Assembly: GCA_050311575.1 (NCBI GenBank)
Contig: JBNOKO010000001.1
Coordinates: 520,408 to 584,407, forward strand
Direction of reading: 5' to 3'
DNA: 64,000 nucleotides
DNA from: Candidatus Krakonobacterium acarorum
GTDB lineage: Bacteria; Bacteroidota; Bacteroidia; SolTP2
In this document: positions 10,456 through 20,600 of the stretch, piece by piece
Layout: every line of letters begins with the position of its first letter
Position numbering within the stretch: position 1 is the first letter of the stretch
Position numbers and translations under genes: made by a program
The notes under the pieces: generated by a model
What the model was told of the DNA's origin: nothing
The model's database searches: none
Seen by the model: only the letters and a program-made list of their open reading frames with translations

Positions 10456-11301
10456 ATGCGCTTAAATTTAAAGAAACCATTAGCTTTTATAGATTTAGAA
10501 ACTACAGGCGTTAATGTAATACAAGATAGAATAGTTGAGATTAGTATACTTAAGGTTAATGTAGATAATAATATTACGACTAAAACTATAAAGATTAACC
10601 CGGAAAAACCAATCTCTGAAGAAGCCTCTATGATACACGGTATCTATGACCAGGATGTTAAAGATTTACCTACATTTAAGACAATTGCAAACCAAATTTT
10701 AAATTTCTTAGATGGCTGCGATTTGGCTGGATATAATTCTAATAAGTTTGATATACCTGTTTTAATGGAAGAATTTATACGTGCTGGTATTAAATTTTCG
10801 TTACATAATAGAAAATTAGTTGATGTGCAAAATATTTTCCATAAAATGGAAAAGCGTACATTATCAGCAGCATACAAATTTTATTGCAATAAAAATCTTG
10901 ACAATGCTCATAGTGCAAGTGCAGATGCTCAAGCAACATACGAGGTATTATTATCGCAAATAAAACATTACGAAAATTGCGAAATAGAACAGGATAATAC
11001 AAAAATAAAACCTATACAAAATGATATATCCTTATTGCATGAATTTAGTAAACATAAGGAATGTGTAGATTTAGTAGGTTGTATAGTTTTAGATAAAACA
11101 GGCAGGCAGGTATTTAATTTTGGAAAATATAAAGGCTTAGCAGTAGAAAAAGTATTTAACACAGATCCAAACTATTATAGGTGGATGATGGACGGTAACT
11201 TTACACTTTATACTAAACAAATTATAACCCAGATATATATGAATTGTAAAAATAAAGGTTTATTTGGCCAGGCCAATAAAGTTTTATTGAATAAAAATTA
11301 A
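10456..11301 (+). CDS. DEDDh 3'-5' exonuclease (DnaQ/epsilon-like) with a C-terminal extension
   Basis: FIDLETTG is the Exo I motif. The final motif HSASADAQATYEV is present. The C-terminal domain of about 100 aa has no recognised motifs. Confidence 0.7.
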   Translation: MRLNLKKPLAFIDLETTGVNVIQDRIVEISILKVNVDNNITTKTIKINPEKPISEEASMIHGIYDQDVKDLPTFKTIANQILNFLDGCDLAGYNSNKFDIPVLMEEFIRAGIKFSLHNRKLVDVQNIFHKMEKRTLSAAYKFYCNKNLDNAHSASADAQATYEVLLSQIKHYENCEIEQDNTKIKPIQNDISLLHEFSKHKECVDLVGCIVLDKTGRQVFNFGKYKGLAVEKVFNTDPNYYRWMMDGNFTLYTKQIITQIYMNCKNKGLFGQANKVLLNKN

Positions 11302-11317
11302 TAATTTTATATATAAT

Positions 11318-11391
11318 GGGGGATTAGCTCAGTTGGCTAGAGCGTTTGCATGGCATGCAAAAGGTCACCGGTTCAAGCCCGGTATTCTCCA
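11318..11391 (+). tRNA. tRNA-Ala (anticodon GGC)
   Basis: Manual cloverleaf: acceptor GGGGGAT/ATTCTCC with a G3:U70 Ala identity pair; D arm GCTC-AGTTGGCTA-GAGC; anticodon stem TTTGC/GCAAA with loop ATGGCAT (GGC); T arm ACCGG-TTCAAGC-CCGGT. No CCA is encoded. Confidence 0.85.
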
Positions 11392-11445
11392 CAAAAAATA
11401 ATAAGATTGTAATCCTATACCTAATTCAATGACAATTCTAAACAA

Positions 11446-12588
11446 ATGGTCTCTAAATCTACTATTATAAATTTAGGTCCACAACATCCATCAACACATG
11501 GGGTTTTGCGTTTAGAGGTAAGTTTAACAGGAGAAAAAATTAATCATATCGAACCTCATATAGGTTACCTCCATAGGTGCTTTGAAAAGCACTGTGAATA
11601 CCTAAACTACCAACAAATAATTCCATTTACAGATCGCCTGGACTATCTTGCTTCTATGAATAATAGCCATGCTTTTGTAATGGGGGTAGAAAAGCTATTA
11701 AATATCCATGATAATATTCCTAAAAGAATAGAATATATAAGAGTATTAGTTTGCGAGCTTAATAGGATAGCATCTCACCTAATAGCTTTGGGTACATTTG
11801 CTATGGATATAGGTTCGGTTACGCCATTTATGTGGTGTTTTAAATATCGAGGTCAAATAATTAAATTATTAGAAAAAGCTTCCGGGTCAAGACTTCTATA
11901 CAATTATATATGGATAGGAGGTATATTTTACGATATTCCTTTAAATTTTGAATCTGAGGTACTAACAATTGTAAAATCTTTAAAAAAGGATCTAATAAAT
12001 TTAGATGCATTAACAATAGATAATAAAATTTTTATAGATAGAACTGTAAACATTGGTGTAATCAATATTGATGACGCTATAAATTATGGAGTAACCGGGC
12101 CAATTATTCGAGCTTGTGGCTTTAAACAAGATCTAAGGAAAATCGACGCTTATTCGGTTTATGGAGAATTAGATTTTGATATACCTGTAGGTAATACCCA
12201 AGTTGGAGTTTTAGGCGATGCTTGGAATAGGAGCAATGTAAGGTTATTAGAAATTAAAGAATGTATTAAAATAATAGAGCAGTGTTGCCATATACTGCAA
12301 ACAAAACATAGTAGGCAAGAAGATTTTAACCCTAGGAAATTTGTGCCTAAAAAATATCGCTTTAATGATATTAAAGATTTTTATATAAGATCTGAAAACC
12401 CAAAAGGTGAACTAGGGTTTTACTTTATAACAAATAAGAACTCTGACCAACCGTTAAGAGTTAAAGTACGAGCGCCAAGTTTTAATAATTTAAGTATTAT
12501 CGCACTAGCAGCTAAAGGACATTCTCTAGCTGATATACCTGTGATACTAGGATCATTAGATATAGTTTTGGGCGAAATAGATCGATAA
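11446..12588 (+). CDS. nuoD: NADH-quinone oxidoreductase subunit D (complex I 49 kDa subunit)
   Basis: The N-terminus NLGPQHPSTHGVLRLEV matches, as does the C-terminus GSLDIVLGEIDR. Length is 380 aa. No other nuo gene lies within 20 kb on either side. Confidence 0.85.
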   Translation: MVSKSTIINLGPQHPSTHGVLRLEVSLTGEKINHIEPHIGYLHRCFEKHCEYLNYQQIIPFTDRLDYLASMNNSHAFVMGVEKLLNIHDNIPKRIEYIRVLVCELNRIASHLIALGTFAMDIGSVTPFMWCFKYRGQIIKLLEKASGSRLLYNYIWIGGIFYDIPLNFESEVLTIVKSLKKDLINLDALTIDNKIFIDRTVNIGVINIDDAINYGVTGPIIRACGFKQDLRKIDAYSVYGELDFDIPVGNTQVGVLGDAWNRSNVRLLEIKECIKIIEQCCHILQTKHSRQEDFNPRKFVPKKYRFNDIKDFYIRSENPKGELGFYFITNKNSDQPLRVKVRAPSFNNLSIIALAAKGHSLADIPVILGSLDIVLGEIDR

Positions 12589-12846
12589 TATATAAATTAA
12601 ATTATTTATTATAAATATAAAATTATTCTTTAGTTACCAAACTAATTTATAAATTTGGGTTGAATTATATATGTTACAATATATTATGATAATTTATAGA
12701 TGTTAGATAATTTTTGTAATTATTGTCTAATTTCATTTTAGTGCTTATAGGTAATAATATTTAAATATTATTGTTTATATTTGCCTTTGTAAGTGAAATT
12801 AATATTTAGTAAAAACCCTTTTTTAAAAAAATTACTATTAATTATA

Positions 12847-13227
12847 ATGAAAGAACAAATACTAAACGATGTAGAGGCTATAATAGATAGTAACAATTGC
12901 AATGCTAAAATAGGTAAGATAATAAGGAATATGCGTCAAAAACGCGGTCTAAGCCAGCAGCAAATAGCAAGTAAACTAGGTATAACTGCCCCAGCATTTT
13001 CTAAAATTGAATCTGGTTTAACTGATGTTAATTTTTCTAGATTAACCCAGATTGCCCAGGTTTTTAACGTTACTGTAATAGAATTGATATGCTATGAACG
13101 TAAAATAGATGACGATATGGATGTTGAAGAATTAGGTCGTTTAAAAGTGGAATTAGCAAAAAACAAAGCTGAAATAATTGATCTTCAGAAAAAACTAATA
13201 AAACAATTAGAAAAGGGACATATATAG
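12847..13227 (+). CDS. XRE-family helix-turn-helix transcriptional regulator with a C-terminal coiled coil. The ORF track starts at 12793; the Met at 12847 is the more plausible start.
   Basis: The HTH_3 motif is RQKRGLSQQQIASKLGITAPAFSKIESG...NFSRLTQIAQVFNVTV. The C-terminus ELGRLKVELAKNKAEIIDLQKKLIKQLE is a heptad-like coiled coil. Confidence 0.6.
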   Translation: MKEQILNDVEAIIDSNNCNAKIGKIIRNMRQKRGLSQQQIASKLGITAPAFSKIESGLTDVNFSRLTQIAQVFNVTVIELICYERKIDDDMDVEELGRLKVELAKNKAEIIDLQKKLIKQLEKGHI

Positions 13228-13256
13228 ATACAAATTACTTATTTGTATAACTTTTT

Positions 13257-13979
13257 ATGTTAAGTAACTATTTTAATCATTTATTGCGCTTATTTTGCCC
13301 ATCTTCTTGTGCTTATTGCGATAAAACCATCGAATTTAATAGGTTACCTTTATGCCTAAAATGCTATAGCATGTTGAATATATCTGATTCGGAGATATAT
13401 TCGATGGGTATATCTAAAATATTAAAGTATCGTTACGATATAGATTTAGATCAACGAACTAACTCTTATATATTGTTTAATGATAATTTAACTCGGAATA
13501 TTATCCATAAAATTAAATATGCTTCTGATAAACACTTAGCAACTTTTATGGGTTATGCTTATGCTAGATATTTGAATAAAATTAAACCTCCTCATATACA
13601 CCAAGTAGATGTTATTATACCAATTCCATTAAGTAGTAAAAAATTTAAAAAAAGAGGATATAATCAAAGTGAGGTGATTGCTATTGAATTAAGAAAAACT
13701 TTTACTAAAGCTGTTATAATAAAAGATATACTTATAAAAAATAAAGATACTCAGGGTCAGGCAACTAAGAATTTTGAGGATCGTATTACCAATATTGCAG
13801 GGGTATTTCATGTAAAAAACTCTGTTAGGAAACTTGAAAACAAACATATACTATTAGTAGATGATGTGTTTACAAGTGGCGCAACTATAGCTTGTGTTAT
13901 TAAAACAATTCTCAAACAAGTATCTAATATAAAAATAAGTATAGCAGTTCTAGCTTATCGTCCTTTCTTAAGTAGCTAG
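13257..13979 (+). CDS. comF: ComF-family protein: a zinc finger plus a phosphoribosyltransferase domain
   Basis: N-terminal CPSSCAYCDK...CLKC forms a double CxxC zinc finger. The C-terminal PRTase motif is LLVDDVFTSGATI. Length is 240 aa. Confidence 0.7.
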   Translation: MLSNYFNHLLRLFCPSSCAYCDKTIEFNRLPLCLKCYSMLNISDSEIYSMGISKILKYRYDIDLDQRTNSYILFNDNLTRNIIHKIKYASDKHLATFMGYAYARYLNKIKPPHIHQVDVIIPIPLSSKKFKKRGYNQSEVIAIELRKTFTKAVIIKDILIKNKDTQGQATKNFEDRITNIAGVFHVKNSVRKLENKHILLVDDVFTSGATIACVIKTILKQVSNIKISIAVLAYRPFLSS

Positions 13980-13985
13980 TAATCT

Positions 13986-14462
13986 CTATTTGGTATCTTT
14001 TTTTATAATTATTCCTACATCTGTTACTTCTAATAGAGTATCATCTCTCATATTTTGCTCGATTATAAATTTCCAAGTGCCTGGTTCATTAAAGTGAGAC
14101 AATTGTTCTATAGGTAATGATACGGTGTATAAGTTACTAGTATTGCTTCCATACCATAGGCCGTCTTTATTGGCAAGTGGATATTCACACCTATATGTTT
14201 GTTTATTATTGCTTGGACTTACTGTAGTTACCAGGAAAAATAAATTTGAATACTTATAATTATTAGTATGTCTTATATATATATTCGTTTTGTATTTAAT
14301 GGCAGTGTCTTCTATGTTAGTAGTAAATATTATTTTATCAGTAAAATACCACTTAAACTCTGCAATATTATGATGCTTATTCATTATAATATTTTTATCC
14401 GAACACCCATTTATAGAAAGGACACCTAATAAAAAAAATGTAGCGAGTAATATTCTATACAT
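13986..14462 (-). CDS. gldH: Small lipoprotein, GldH-like by size and synteny
   Basis: A signal peptide with lipobox LSINGC|S is present. The protein is 158 aa and sits directly downstream of the PSP1/YaaT-like gene and holB. Flavobacterium gldH is described in the same arrangement (recalled, not searched). Confidence 0.4.
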   Translation of the reverse strand: MYRILLATFFLLGVLSINGCSDKNIIMNKHHNIAEFKWYFTDKIIFTTNIEDTAIKYKTNIYIRHTNNYKYSNLFFLVTTVSPSNNKQTYRCEYPLANKDGLWYGSNTSNLYTVSLPIEQLSHFNEPGTWKFIIEQNMRDDTLLEVTDVGIIIKKDTK

Positions 14463-14466
14463 AGTT

Positions 14467-15585
14467 TTAGTTTTTCTTGTTTATATACTTGGAATGTTTT
14501 CTATCTCTAGGTTTAATTAGTTTATCTAACCTCGTGATGCTGTCATGTTCTATTGTGTTCCCGTATCCTAAAGCTATTTCTTTTATGTCTTTTTCAATAG
14601 TAAAATCTTTTAAGCTATTAGGTAATGAACCTTGATCGTTCATCTTTTTAATATTTTCCACAGTACTAGACTCTAAAGGGATCCAAAGTTCTTCATTTAC
14701 ATAGCTAAACCACATTATTTTTTTAAAAATATCGATTTTTTGTAAGATTGCGTCTCCATCTTTAGTTTTTAAGCTTTTAATGTGAGAAGGGATATCTTTT
14801 AAGGCATCAATATAGTTTTCTAACTCATAATTTAAGCAACATTTAAGTTTGCCACATTGCCCGGCTAATTTGAAAGTGTTAATGGAAATGTTTTGGTATC
14901 GTGCAGCTGATATGGAAACGTTTTTAAAAGTGTGTATCCATGTAGAACAACATAATTCTCTACCGCAAGGCCCTATAAAATCAAGCCTTTTTGCTTCATG
15001 TCTTTTACTTATTTGGCGCATCTCAATTCTTATTTTGAAAGCTTCTGCCATTTTTTTAATAAGTTCTCTAAAATCTATGCGGCTATCAGCTGTATAATAA
15101 AATGTAGCTTTAGTTAAGTCCCCTTGATAATTTACGTCGCTTAACTTCATATTTAAATCTAGCTGAGTTATAATTTTGCGTGCTTTATGCAAAGTGTTAA
15201 CTTCTACGGCTTTTATAGTTTTGAGTTTATCTAAATCTGCTTGGTTAGTTTTTCTAATTACTTTCTTAATAATATCTTTTGTAGATAAATTTTTCTTTTG
15301 TATTTGGTGCAGCACAATTTCTCCAACCGCTACTACTTTACCTATGTCGTAGCCAACTCCACTATCAGTTTCTACAACTATATAATCATGCGGATTTAAA
15401 TCTAGTTGATTGTTAATCTTAAAGAATTCAGTTTTAAAACCTTTAAAGCTAACTTCTAATATATCATAAGACTTATTACTAATTTTGGAAATGTCTTTTA
15501 ACCAATCATATACATTTGACGTATTACATATAAGGCATGAATCTTTTTTGCTGCATCCATTTTGTTTCGTTACATTACAAGGCAT
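14467..15585 (-). CDS. PSP1 C-terminal-domain protein (YaaT/RicT-like)
   Basis: The Cys-rich N-terminus and the central motif TFYYTADSRIDFRELIKKMAEAFKIRIEMRQI match the PSP1 domain. The gene is positioned after holB, as in many bacteria. Confidence 0.7.
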   Translation of the reverse strand: MPCNVTKQNGCSKKDSCLICNTSNVYDWLKDISKISNKSYDILEVSFKGFKTEFFKINNQLDLNPHDYIVVETDSGVGYDIGKVVAVGEIVLHQIQKKNLSTKDIIKKVIRKTNQADLDKLKTIKAVEVNTLHKARKIITQLDLNMKLSDVNYQGDLTKATFYYTADSRIDFRELIKKMAEAFKIRIEMRQISKRHEAKRLDFIGPCGRELCCSTWIHTFKNVSISAARYQNISINTFKLAGQCGKLKCCLNYELENYIDALKDIPSHIKSLKTKDGDAILQKIDIFKKIMWFSYVNEELWIPLESSTVENIKKMNDQGSLPNSLKDFTIEKDIKEIALGYGNTIEHDSITRLDKLIKPRDRKHSKYINKKN

Positions 15586-15589
15586 AGTT

Positions 15590-16702
15590 TTAATTATCTT
15601 TTAGTATTTTGTTAAGACTTAAAGATACGTCTAAAAATAAAATTTTTGTGTTTATATTTTTATCTAAATCCAATATTGCTTCATTAATTATATTATAAGT
15701 GGTATTCAATTTATCTATGTCAAATAATTTAATGAAATTGCTTATAAACTGAGATTCTTTACTTTGTGATAATTGGTAACCAATAATATATTTATGTTTT
15801 ATACCTTCTTTTAATATGTCTAGGATTCTATATAATATATATTTTTGGAACTCCTTATTATGCATATTAATATATTCAACAAATTTTATAAGTTTTGGGA
15901 TATCCCCTTTATAGCATAACCTAAGCCAATCTTCTATGTATAAATTATCGTCTTGTTTGTTTAAATAATCAGTTAGCTTGCTAATGCTGCCATTAGCTAA
16001 GCTTATTGCCTGTTCTATAGTATCTGCTGTTTTATTTTGGTATAGTTTTGTTGCATAATATGTTAGATCTTGCTTGTCTGCAGGCTTTAGGTATAAAGAT
16101 TCTAGCCTTGAGGCAAAGGTAGGCAACAAGTTTTCTTTAGAGCTACTAGTAGCTATTATAATTGTATTAGTATTAGAATCTTCTATTAATTTTAGTAAAA
16201 TATTAGCATTTTTCAACAAATATTCTGCATGCCAGATAATTAGTATTTTGTATAACGATTGATAAGGCTTTAATGCAAGGATATTTATTTTGTTAATACA
16301 TTCGCTAGATGGAATAAGCAAGGAATTATTCTTTGCTTCCAGGGCGCAAGACCAATTATTGATGTTTATAAATGGATTTTTTAAAACCATATTATTCCAT
16401 GTGTCTATAAGATCTAAAGAATAATTAATATTTTTAGATTTATTAGGAAAGAAAGGATAACTGAAATGTAAATCCGGATGTGATAAGTCGTTATATTTTT
16501 TACAATTTTGGCATTTATCACAGCTATCTGATTCAGTTTTTTCTGTGCATGATAGATATTTACTATAAGCGATTGCCAGAGCGAGGCTTCCATATCCATC
16601 TTTGTCGATAAATAGTAGTTTGGTAGCAGGCATATTATTAGATACCCTTTCTATAAGGTTTTTTTTAACGTCAGAATTTCCAGGTATATTAGATAATAGC
16701 AT
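15590..16702 (-). CDS. holB: DNA polymerase III subunit delta'
   Basis: The N-terminal AAA-like domain lacks an intact P-loop. The zinc module is CDKCQNCKKYNDLSHPDLHF. Length is 370 aa. The gene is flanked by the PSP1 gene and fmt. Confidence 0.7.
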   Translation of the reverse strand: MLLSNIPGNSDVKKNLIERVSNNMPATKLLFIDKDGYGSLALAIAYSKYLSCTEKTESDSCDKCQNCKKYNDLSHPDLHFSYPFFPNKSKNINYSLDLIDTWNNMVLKNPFININNWSCALEAKNNSLLIPSSECINKINILALKPYQSLYKILIIWHAEYLLKNANILLKLIEDSNTNTIIIATSSSKENLLPTFASRLESLYLKPADKQDLTYYATKLYQNKTADTIEQAISLANGSISKLTDYLNKQDDNLYIEDWLRLCYKGDIPKLIKFVEYINMHNKEFQKYILYRILDILKEGIKHKYIIGYQLSQSKESQFISNFIKLFDIDKLNTTYNIINEAILDLDKNINTKILFLDVSLSLNKILKDN

Positions 16703-16714
16703 TTTATTTTAATT

Positions 16715-17674
16715 ATGAAGATAGTATTTTTTGGAAGTACAATTTTTTCTACACATATACTAGATGCAATTATGCAAAATACGAACTTTAAAGTTCCTCT
16801 AGTTATAACTATACCGGATAAAATATCCGGGCGTGGATTAAAAAAAAATTTTTCACCTGTTAAAACATATTCGCTAGATAAAGGATTAAATATACGGCAA
16901 CCCGTAGATTTAAAAGATGCCAGCTTTTTACACGAATTATCTGGCATAGGAGCAGACGCATTTGTAGTAGTTGCCTTTAGATTTTTACCCAAAATAGTGT
17001 GGGAAATGGCTCCAAGTTTTAATTTACATGCTTCTTTGTTGCCACAGTATAGAGGGGCAGCCCCTATTGAAAGATGTTTAATGAATGGAGATAAAGAAAC
17101 AGGGGTTACAACGTTTTTTTTGCAAAATAAAATAGATACTGGCGATATTTTATTACAAAAAAAGGTTCTAATAGAACATTCAGATAATAACGAAACACTT
17201 AGGCGAAAGCTGGCTAATGAGGGAGCCCGGGTAGTTATAGATACCCTTAAAATGTTGGATTCAGGCAATATAGTAACTATTAAGCAAGACACGATTATAG
17301 GTAGTAATCCAAATTACTTTTCCAAATTGCATTATGCGCATAAACTTGACAAATCCGATTTCTGTATTAATTGGGATAACCCAACAATATCTATACATAA
17401 TCAAATTAGAGCTTTAAGCCCAGGCTGGGGGGCTTATACTATATTAAACAATAATATTAAATTGAAAATTTTTGAAGCTGGTTATACCATAGAACAACAT
17501 AATGCTTTACCTGGAACTATAGTTATTGAATCTAAGAAGAAATTAATTATTGCTACTAAAGATGGTTTTATAGAACCTATAGTAGTACAGGTCGAGGGCA
17601 AAAAGCCTATGCCTATATCAGCATTTTTAAATGGATATAAAAATAAAATTATGCCTGAGCATAAGCCCGAGTGA
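16715..17674 (+). CDS. fmt: Methionyl-tRNA formyltransferase
   Basis: MKIVFFGST, the SLLPQYRGAAPI formyltransferase motif and the C-terminal Fmt domain are present. Length is 319 aa. The 3' end overlaps the convergent sbcC by 26 nt. Confidence 0.85.
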   Translation: MKIVFFGSTIFSTHILDAIMQNTNFKVPLVITIPDKISGRGLKKNFSPVKTYSLDKGLNIRQPVDLKDASFLHELSGIGADAFVVVAFRFLPKIVWEMAPSFNLHASLLPQYRGAAPIERCLMNGDKETGVTTFFLQNKIDTGDILLQKKVLIEHSDNNETLRRKLANEGARVVIDTLKMLDSGNIVTIKQDTIIGSNPNYFSKLHYAHKLDKSDFCINWDNPTISIHNQIRALSPGWGAYTILNNNIKLKIFEAGYTIEQHNALPGTIVIESKKKLIIATKDGFIEPIVVQVEGKKPMPISAFLNGYKNKIMPEHKPE

Positions 17675-20600
17675 TCGTTGATCCTAATTCTTGGGTATTG
17701 TTTATATTTATATAATCGTCCATTTGTTCTTTAATTTCTTCTACGTGTGATATTACGCCTATTATTCTATTTTCTTTTCTTAATTTAATTAATGTATTTA
17801 TAACAGTATTTATTGATTCTTTATCTAGAGATCCGAACCCTTCGTCGAGAAAAAAGAAGCTTTCTTTGTTAAATTTTGTGTTTAGTAATAGGTTATCTGA
17901 TAGCGCTATGGCCATACTTAACGAGGCTTGGAAGATTTGGCCTCCTGATAATGTTTTAATACTTCGTATTTTACCTTCGTTAAAATAATCACGTACTAAA
18001 AATTGCTCATCCTGAAACTCTATTGCCATATTGTTATCATTCATTTTTGTAAAGTGTTTATTCGCAATTATGCATAGGTTCTGTATGTATGTTTGAGATA
18101 TATATTGCATAAAGCCTTTAGCATGAAATAGTTTTAGTAATAGGTCAAGGTTATATAGACGTTTGTTTAGATTTGCATGATCAGTTTTTAGTTTCTCTTT
18201 TTCTTCTAGTTTAGTTTTTATATTATTTATGCGTTCGTTCAGCTTCCCTAGTCTATGTATATATAGATTTTTATTTGTTTCTAACTCATGAATAAGCTGT
18301 TTAATTTCATTGTGTTTGTGCTGGTCATATACGTTTTCTTTTAGTTTGATTTCTATTGTTTTAATGTTTTCTTCTATAATAGTTATTTTTTTGAAAAACT
18401 CTTCAATTAACCCTCTTTCTTTCGGGATATTTATATTTTTATCTAGTTCTTTAGTAATTATTGTTTTGTATGTTTCTATAATTGAGGTTGTGGGTAGTTC
18501 TGTAACAGTGGCTAAGCTGGATTTATGTTCCGTAATTTGATTTTCATCGTATAATCTTGCTAAGAAACTATCGTTTGCGATCTTAGTTTCCAGGTTTATA
18601 ACTTCTTTATCTATCTTAATTTTTATTTTTTCATATTCTACTTTAATTATGTCTAAGCGCGTGCTTAGGGCAATATTATGATTGTTATGTTCATGGAATT
18701 TGGTCAATATTTCTGTATGTGTTATATCGATATTTTTTAAAAATTCGTTTTGGTTACAAATTTTTTTCTCCAAATCGTTATCAGAAATATTTTCATAGTC
18801 TTTGCTGGTAGTTATTATAAATTTTTTATCTAAAGTTTGTTTAATATTTAAGGCTACGCTTAGTTTAGTATTTACAGAATGTATGTTATCTTTTATTTTG
18901 TCTATCAGTCCTAAGGCAATCTGTTTTTCTGTAGTTAAATTTTTAATTTTTTCTGAAAGATTCCTATTGACATTATTTAGTTCGTATTGTTTGTCTCGCC
19001 ACTTGCTTAATGTGTCTGGTGTGTTTGTAATGTTATCTATGGCTATTAGATCTGACCATATGTACTTTGTACGATGTTTATTGAGTTCATCGTTTATGAT
19101 TTTTATCTCTTTATCATAAAATTTAACTTGTTCGGAGTTTTTCTTGTATGTAAGGCTAAATAATTTAAACTGACTCTCAATATCTTTTATGCTTTCTAGT
19201 TGTTTTGTTAGGGTTTGCTCTTTTTCAGTAATGTTATCTATATGTATATGCTCTAAGCGCTTTATATGGTCGCTATGGATGGTTGTATTACATATTGGAC
19301 ATGGATCACCTATGGTTAAGTTTTTGTAAATCATAGTTAAAGTTTTTTCTTTTAAGATTTGTTCATATTCTTGAGTTAAATGAAACTTTAAGTCTTCAAA
19401 ATTTTTATAGGTTTTTTGGTAGTTTGGAAAGTGGTTGTTTATTAATTCTTTACCTTCATATTCTATATCCTTTAATTCTTTTTGTTTTACTCCTTTTGCT
19501 TCGTTAAGGTTTGCCAGATTTTGTAGTAATAGTTGATTATGATTGGACCACGCATAAATAGCATCTATAATCTTTTGATTTATTATTTGACTATTTATTT
19601 CTTTGCATTTTTCTTCTAGATGTGATATTTGTTTTGTTAAGTTTTCTATATGGCTGTTTTTGTTATGGTATTTAATTTCTTCGTCTGATAATAGCTTTTT
19701 TAGTCCTTTTATATTTATAGCAATTTTGCGTAATTCAAGTTCGGTTTGTAATTCAATAATTTGTTGTGATATTTTATCTTTGTTTTTTATTATTTCTTCT
19801 ATACGGTCTAGCTGAATTTTTAAACTTTCAGTAGCTTGTTTGGATGTTTCTAGCTGAACTATTATGTTTTTGTAATCGATTTTTTTTGATAATAAGTCAT
19901 TATTATAATTGGTAATCGAATTTATTAGATCTTTATATCTATGTTGGCAATGTTCATAAATATCTATTTTGTGTTGTTTTTCTAAAAATATTTCTTTTGT
20001 ATTTGTTTCTATGGCCAGATTAGATTTTAGTTGTTTATGTTCGTTAACCAGGTTTAGTATATCTACATGTATTTTTTCTTGGCTTTTTGCTTTACTTATA
20101 TCTTGGTTAACCTGCTTTAGGTTAGCGTTGTATGTATTTAACTCGCTTTCCTCTGTATTTAGACTTTCTTTAGAGTAATCTTTTAGGTTCTCTATTTTAC
20201 CTTCTATTTTGTCGTATTGTTCTTTGGTTTCTTTGTATTTAGTGTATACACTAGCGTATAGGTCATATTTTTGCAGACTAAAAATATCACTTAGCATAGT
20301 TGTTCGATCGCTAGGAGACAATTTTAGAAATTCTTGAAATTTGCCTTGTGGTATAATTATCGTTCTGTTAAAATTTTCATAGTTTAACCCAAGGATTTTT
20401 TCACTTAGTTTGGCAATATTTGTTTTTAATAATGGTATAGGCACCCATTTATCATTTTGTTTTTGATAGGCTTTATGTTCAAAATCTTCAATTTTTTCAA
20501 AGTTTTTTTTGTTACGTTGTGCCGTAACCACGAATTGATATAATTGGCTGTCGCTTTTAAAAGTAAATTCTATGTAAAGCTTGTTTGATTTAAGGTTTAC

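Noticed and set aside
12776-12783. A Bacteroidota-type -7 promoter element (TAnnTTTG) upstream of the HTH gene, and similar matches elsewhere
   Set aside because: TATATTTG matches the consensus, but 8-mers of this composition occur by chance many times in DNA that is 30 % GC. I could not find a consistent -33 partner, so I did not annotate promoters.
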